Positions 7,725 through 11,576 of a stretch of DNA of 11,576 bases are shown one piece after another. Each line of letters opens with the position of its first letter. Position 1 is the first letter of the stretch. Position numbers and translations under genes: made by a program. The stretch comes from Candidatus Bathyarchaeia archaeon (GTDB taxonomy: Archaea > Thermoproteota > Bathyarchaeia > TCS64), in contig JBEKDF010000059.1 in NCBI GenBank assembly GCA_050014495.1, positions 1 to 11,576 of the forward strand, read 5' to 3'. The notes below the pieces were generated by a model. It searched no databases. It saw only the letters and a list, made by a program, of their open reading frames with translations, and was not told the origin of the DNA.

Positions 7725-8087
7725 TTGTCCACACCAGATGACGTGAAGAAATTACTCGCCCCAGATGAGAAGGTTGAGATGTATGTCAAGCAGAAGTTCT
7801 ACCACCCCAAGATCAGCATAGACTCCCTGGTAGTCACCAACGAGCGTGTAATCCTCAGGCACCCCCATGAGCTGAATCTGAAGAAGGATTACACCGATTA
7901 TAACTACAGGGACATCGCCAACGTGGTCCTGGAGAAGGGAGTTAAGAGGTCAACCATCAAGCTGACCCTCAGGCTTGGGGGAGAGCCGCTTGATTTGAGT
8001 GATATGCCTAATTCCGACGCGGAGAAGTCTTACGGAATCATCAGGGAGTACATCGAGAAAGCTAAGGCCCCCTCACCAATCAGCTGA
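7725..8087 (+). CDS. bacterial PH-domain protein
   Basis: LLAPDEKV...SLVVTNERVIL...YNYRDIANV...STIKL pattern typical of bPH domains. Confidence 0.88.
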   Translation: MSTPDDVKKLLAPDEKVEMYVKQKFYHPKISIDSLVVTNERVILRHPHELNLKKDYTDYNYRDIANVVLEKGVKRSTIKLTLRLGGEPLDLSDMPNSDAEKSYGIIREYIEKAKAPSPIS

Positions 8088-8164
8088 TATTCTAATTAAA
8101 ATTCTCGTACGCTCGTGGAGGACCTATTTCTTTTCTACCTTTTTTTCGCCTTTATGGCGACTGT

Positions 8165-8341
8165 CTATACTGCCTTCTCAGTCTTTGTAGCTCCACTTTT
8201 CACGTCTTTCTCAATAGTTCCACCCGTCTTCTCTACTCCCTTCGCTACACCTTTCTCGAACGCTTTTGCTACCTTTCCGATAGCTTCTCCAGCGTTTTCA
8301 ACTCTCTCCTCGATTGTCTTCTTTTTCTTCTCGTTAGACAT
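8165..8341 (-). CDS. small LEA-like/hydrophilin protein with 11-residue repeats (58 aa, possibly C-terminally truncated)
   Basis: MSNEKKKKTIEERVENAGEAIGKVAKAFEKGVAKGVEKTGGTIEKDVKSGATKTEKAV*, with TTTATTAA (minus) at ~8374-8381. Track ORF 8115..8363(+) is its antisense shadow. Confidence 0.8.
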   Translation of the reverse strand: MSNEKKKKTIEERVENAGEAIGKVAKAFEKGVAKGVEKTGGTIEKDVKSGATKTEKAV

Positions 8342-8571
8342 GTTATTTCAAAAGGAGAATTAAGAGAAGATTGTTAATAAATGTGCACTCGCGGTGTACT
8401 CTCAACAAGCGGATCGTTATCTGGGCTATTCAATTGTCATTTATTTAGAAATAACTTGTATATTGCGAAGGGCGCGCACCTGCATATATTGTCTCAATGC
8501 ACGCTTGGAAAAAACACCATTCTATAATACGCGCGCGCATTTTCGATTCGATTTAAGGAGCTTGAAGGTCG

Positions 8572-8742
8572 CTATTCTTTAGCTTTTCTCTTTATTTTCC
8601 CGACTTTTTCTTGAACGTCCCCTTTGGCTTGCTCAATCTTGCCTTTGACCTGTTCTGTTTTGTTATCCGTTATTTTGCCTACTTCTTCACGGATCTGTCC
8701 CTTGATTTTCTTGCCTCTTCCCTCTACTTCGTCTTTGCTCAT
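8572..8742 (-). CDS. csbD: CsbD family general stress protein (56 aa)
   Basis: MSKDEVEGRGKKIKGQIREEVGKITDNKTEQVKGKIEQAKGDVQEKVGKIK matches the CsbD pattern. Start is ATG 8742, with TTTATTAA (minus) at 8765-8772. Confidence 0.93.
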   Translation of the reverse strand: MSKDEVEGRGKKIKGQIREEVGKITDNKTEQVKGKIEQAKGDVQEKVGKIKRKAKE

Positions 8743-8818
8743 GATCGCATGATAACAATGGTGGTTAATAAACAAACGAAGAGCCTAACGATTCGTGCAT
8801 GTATGCGCATATTGAGGA

Positions 8819-9076
8819 TTACTGTTTTTTAGATGAATTAGAGAGTGCACCGTAGATAATCAGACCAAGGCCAACAATTATAGCAACGATTGATCCTATA
8901 ATGTAAATTTGTAGATTGTTATAACGCTGTTTTAGCGCTGGGTCCAAAGCTGTACCTATTTGACCTAGTACTGTTGATAGGTTTTGGTAGTCGGACCAGA
9001 AGTAAAATATGCCAATTGCTCCAACTGCTAGAAGTATTAACCCTATGAATAAGACTACAGTCTTCATAGAATTCAT
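8819..9076 (-). CDS. small two-TM membrane protein
   Basis: 85 aa with two clear hydrophobic helices flanking a short loop. Confidence 0.8.
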   Translation of the reverse strand: MNSMKTVVLFIGLILLAVGAIGIFYFWSDYQNLSTVLGQIGTALDPALKQRYNNLQIYIIGSIVAIIVGLGLIIYGALSNSSKKQ

Positions 9077-9146
9077 TAGGAAATACAGGGAATTAAAGAT
9101 AGGTGAAATCTAAAACCGCGCGCGATTTCCTTTTCACTCATTAAAA

Positions 9147-10814
9147 TTACCTGAAGAAAAGATACAAGATTACACCGGATAGAATAACGATGCCAAGTAA
9201 AATCCTGTTAGCGGCACTCTTCACAGCGGTCCCAATACGATCTCCAAGACGATCAACATCATCATCCGTTAGTCTGACAATAAGATTTCCGTTTGCTAGA
9301 ACCCTGCTTGCTTCGTTAACACTATGTGGCATCCTAGTAACTTCCTGTGTTGTATCGGGGAGATTGTAAACAATCTTTGTCACTTGGCTGACAATCCTGT
9401 CCTTTACGATCTCACCCAGATAGGGCCTAACCTCAACTAGGAAATTAAACCCTGGATAGATATTCAAACTATAGTCACCGATCATCATGATTACTTTTAT
9501 CATCAGCATAGCGACCATTGGAACTCGCAAACGATACTTTCGCAGGGTATTGGTAATCGCTAAAAAGGCTTCTGTATCAGGTTTATTAGGATCAATAATC
9601 TTGACATTTTGGCCCTCAAGGAGATTAACATAGAGGTCATCCTTAAACGACTCGATCCATGCGTCATTAATCTTCATGCCCAATTCATTAAACACGCGAA
9701 CTAGCTCGTCAACATCGGCATTGAGAACTCCGGTTAGCATTCTTAGTAAGAGATCCCTTTTCTCAGGGCGAAGAATGCCTACAAGGCCAAAATCTAGGAA
9801 TACAATATCACCATTCTGTGTAACCAGAAGATTGCCCGGATGCGGATCTCCGTGGAAAAATCCATCTTGAAATATTTGTTTCAAATAAGCATGTAAACCA
9901 TTACGAGCAACATCTTGGGTATCAATTCCCATACTTTTCATTCCAACTACATCGTCTATCCGAACTCCGTATATATGCTCCATCACTAATAGACGACTTC
10001 CAGAAAACTCCCAATAGATTTTAGGAATTCGAATGCCTTTCATTCCTTCCATATTCTTTGCTAAAAGTTCAGCATTTTTTCCGTCTCTAGTGAAATCGAG
10101 TTCAGAAGTAATCTGTTTAGAAAAATCCTCAACTATCCCGGGAAAATTGTAGATATTTAAGTCATATAATGCGTCAAACTTTTTGGCTATGAATTTTAGT
10201 ATGCTTAAATCTATAGCAACTTTCTCTCTTATATCAGGACGCTGTACCTTCAACACGACATCTGAGCCATCTTTCAGTTTTGCTTCATATTCTTGACTGA
10301 GGCTCGCTGCCGCAAAGGGACGTTCATTCAAATAGGTAAAACTCTTTTCGATTGGGGCATACTCCTCAATTGTTGCCTTAATTTCTTCAAATGACACAGG
10401 CTCTACTTTATCACTAAGCATTTTCAACTCTTTAATCAATTCGGCTGGCAACGATTCCTGACGAGTGCTCATTATCTGGCCAAATTTGACGAATACTGGG
10501 CCAAGCTCCTGTATAGCAAGACGGAAACGTCTGTAGATGTTGAGATTAGCAAGATTAGGATCCTGTTTAAGAATCTTCGCCTTTATGCCCTTCGGAACCA
10601 GCTTCGGGATAACGTCTGGAATAGCTATGGGAATAATTTCCGGTGCAGGGATAGTATCATATCTATGAAAACTTTCCTTTATTCGTCCTTGGAAAATGTC
10701 TAATAACACTATCTCAAAACCATACTTCGTTAGTATGGCAGAGATTTCTTGCGCACGTTTACGACGACTATAAGGATGCGTTACAACCATTCTAGTCACA
10801 TCATTAATATTCAC
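9147..10814 (-). CDS. ABC1/UbiB/AarF family atypical protein kinase
   Basis: Motifs ELGPVFVKFGQIMSTR, AAASLSQ, LKVQRP, ELDF, FFHGDPHPGN, DFGLVG and a C-terminal TM helix. The real start may be ATG 10790. Confidence 0.96.
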   Translation of the reverse strand: MNINDVTRMVVTHPYSRRKRAQEISAILTKYGFEIVLLDIFQGRIKESFHRYDTIPAPEIIPIAIPDVIPKLVPKGIKAKILKQDPNLANLNIYRRFRLAIQELGPVFVKFGQIMSTRQESLPAELIKELKMLSDKVEPVSFEEIKATIEEYAPIEKSFTYLNERPFAAASLSQEYEAKLKDGSDVVLKVQRPDIREKVAIDLSILKFIAKKFDALYDLNIYNFPGIVEDFSKQITSELDFTRDGKNAELLAKNMEGMKGIRIPKIYWEFSGSRLLVMEHIYGVRIDDVVGMKSMGIDTQDVARNGLHAYLKQIFQDGFFHGDPHPGNLLVTQNGDIVFLDFGLVGILRPEKRDLLLRMLTGVLNADVDELVRVFNELGMKINDAWIESFKDDLYVNLLEGQNVKIIDPNKPDTEAFLAITNTLRKYRLRVPMVAMLMIKVIMMIGDYSLNIYPGFNFLVEVRPYLGEIVKDRIVSQVTKIVYNLPDTTQEVTRMPHSVNEASRVLANGNLIVRLTDDDVDRLGDRIGTAVKSAANRILLGIVILSGVILYLFFR

Positions 10815-10829
10815 GAAGCACGCGATGTT

Positions 10830-11357
10830 TCATTTCGTATACTCACTTACGGCGAAGACCGCCTCGACGAGTTTGGCAGCCTCCCTGATAAAGTCCTCCT
10901 CAGCGAGGTCGATCCAATCAGGGCCGGTAATAACCCCCCTAAGGTATATGGTCTCGATGAAACTACACCCTCTCTCCTCTGCCCTCCGTCGCAGCTTTTC
11001 AACGGCTTCAGGATTTGTTTCGTTCGCTCCAACTAGCCCCAAGATAACTTGTTTACCCTTGAGATCGATCTTCTCGAGGAAATCCATCATGGCCAAAGTT
11101 GGTCTTCCCTCCCAGACAGGTGTAAGCAGTATTATTGGGTTGAATCCCTCAAGAGTTGTGAAAGGTACTTTCACGTCATCGTCCTGTTGAGAATAGCGTT
11201 TGTGCTGGAACATATCCCTCCAGTCATTTGGTTCAATTAATCTCCTACTTTCAGCTTTTATTGTTGGTAGAATGATCTCCGCAATCTTCGCAGTGGTACC
11301 TGTTTTAGTGTAATATATGACGAGAGGTTTTAAGATCATCATAACGATTAACTGCAC
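10830..11357 (-). CDS. flavodoxin-like protein
   Basis: LVIYYTKTGTTAKIAE (FMN phosphate loop), TPVWEG, DLKGKQV. The start is more likely ATG 11342 or 11339. Confidence 0.85.
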   Translation of the reverse strand: MQLIVMMILKPLVIYYTKTGTTAKIAEIILPTIKAESRRLIEPNDWRDMFQHKRYSQQDDDVKVPFTTLEGFNPIILLTPVWEGRPTLAMMDFLEKIDLKGKQVILGLVGANETNPEAVEKLRRRAEERGCSFIETIYLRGVITGPDWIDLAEEDFIREAAKLVEAVFAVSEYTK

Positions 11358-11388
11358 ACGATTGTAAAAACATGATCACTCACTTTAT

Positions 11389-11433
11389 AAAAAAATCTCG
11401 CAAGCGAGATGGGGTGTCACTTGCAAGACTCCC
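11389..11433 (-). terminator. hairpin + T7 terminator-like element with alternative folds
   Basis: Minus strand TCTTGCAAGTGA pairs with TCGCTTGCGAGA (12 bp, 2 G-U) and is followed by TTTTTTT. Confidence 0.5.
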
Positions 11434-11576
11434 AAATAATTAATAGATTTAGCACGCGCTGGCTTGTCCCGAAATTCATCAGGGCTAATATAAGCTTATT
11501 TTGATAGTTGGGGTCTCGTCCCCCAATGGTCTGCCTAACCCTAGGAGGTGAGTTCACTTAGGACAAGATGAACACG

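Larger units (their letters stand above)
90..11459. repeat. dispersed CG-rich alternating purine-pyrimidine tracts (core GCGCGC/GCGCAC/GCGTGC)
   Basis: Tracts at 90-101, 110-121, 1050-1063, 1641-1656, 1819-1830, 3517-3524, 3615-3626, 4650-4660, 4788-4796, 5859-5873, 6549-6558, 7025-7037, 7420-7429, 7477-7488, 7491-7501, 7544-7555, 8381-8388, 8472-8479, 8527-8540, 8794-8812, 9117-9124, 10750-10758, 11353-11360, 11452-11459. Confidence 0.85.

Noticed and set aside
8165..8167. Pyrrolysine or stop-codon recoding to explain in-frame stops
   Set aside because: TAG and TAA terminate intact genes here (e.g. csbD, HK, REC), the internal stops are of mixed types, and they co-occur with frameshifts.
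8115..8363. 82-aa hydrophobic plus-strand ORF
   Set aside because: Its Phe/Ser richness mirrors the Lys/Glu-rich LEA-like gene on the minus strand, which has the ATG and TATA box.
90..11459. RY tracts as a CRISPR array or integron attC sites
   Set aside because: They have no constant 25-40-nt repeat, regular spacing or GTTRRRY/RYYYAAC boxes, and no cas or integrase gene is in the window.
11533..11557. IS200/IS605-type right end (…GAGTTCAC)
   Set aside because: Only a weak subterminal hairpin is present, with no tnpA/tnpB remnant; an SD sequence explains it more simply.

Overview
An 11.6-kb accessory region that looks archaeal: TATA-box promoters ~25-35 nt upstream of starts, AGG/AGA/ATA-rich codons and frequent TTG/GTG starts. 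Bathyarchaeia-like is my inference only. It is a patchwork of mostly monocistronic genes: a REC-PAS hybrid histidine kinase, a DPM1/AglJ-like GT2, a stand-alone receiver, a decayed PAP2 phosphatase, a stand-alone ParB/Srx domain, a dual-specificity phosphatase, a bacterial-PH-domain protein, an ABC1/UbiB kinase, a flavodoxin-like protein, several small membrane proteins, and small general-stress proteins (CsbD, plus lmo0937-family and LEA-like 11-mer proteins that the ORF track missed). The most striking unexplained signal is a set of CG-rich alternating purine-pyrimidine tracts (core GCGCGC, 8-19 nt) in almost every otherwise AT-rich intergenic gap. These tracts bracket promoter+gene units and short gene relics. 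The relics include two separate 5' stubs of ABC1-kinase paralogs and a frameshifted paralog of a small membrane gene. No rRNA, tRNA, CRISPR array or transposase was seen.
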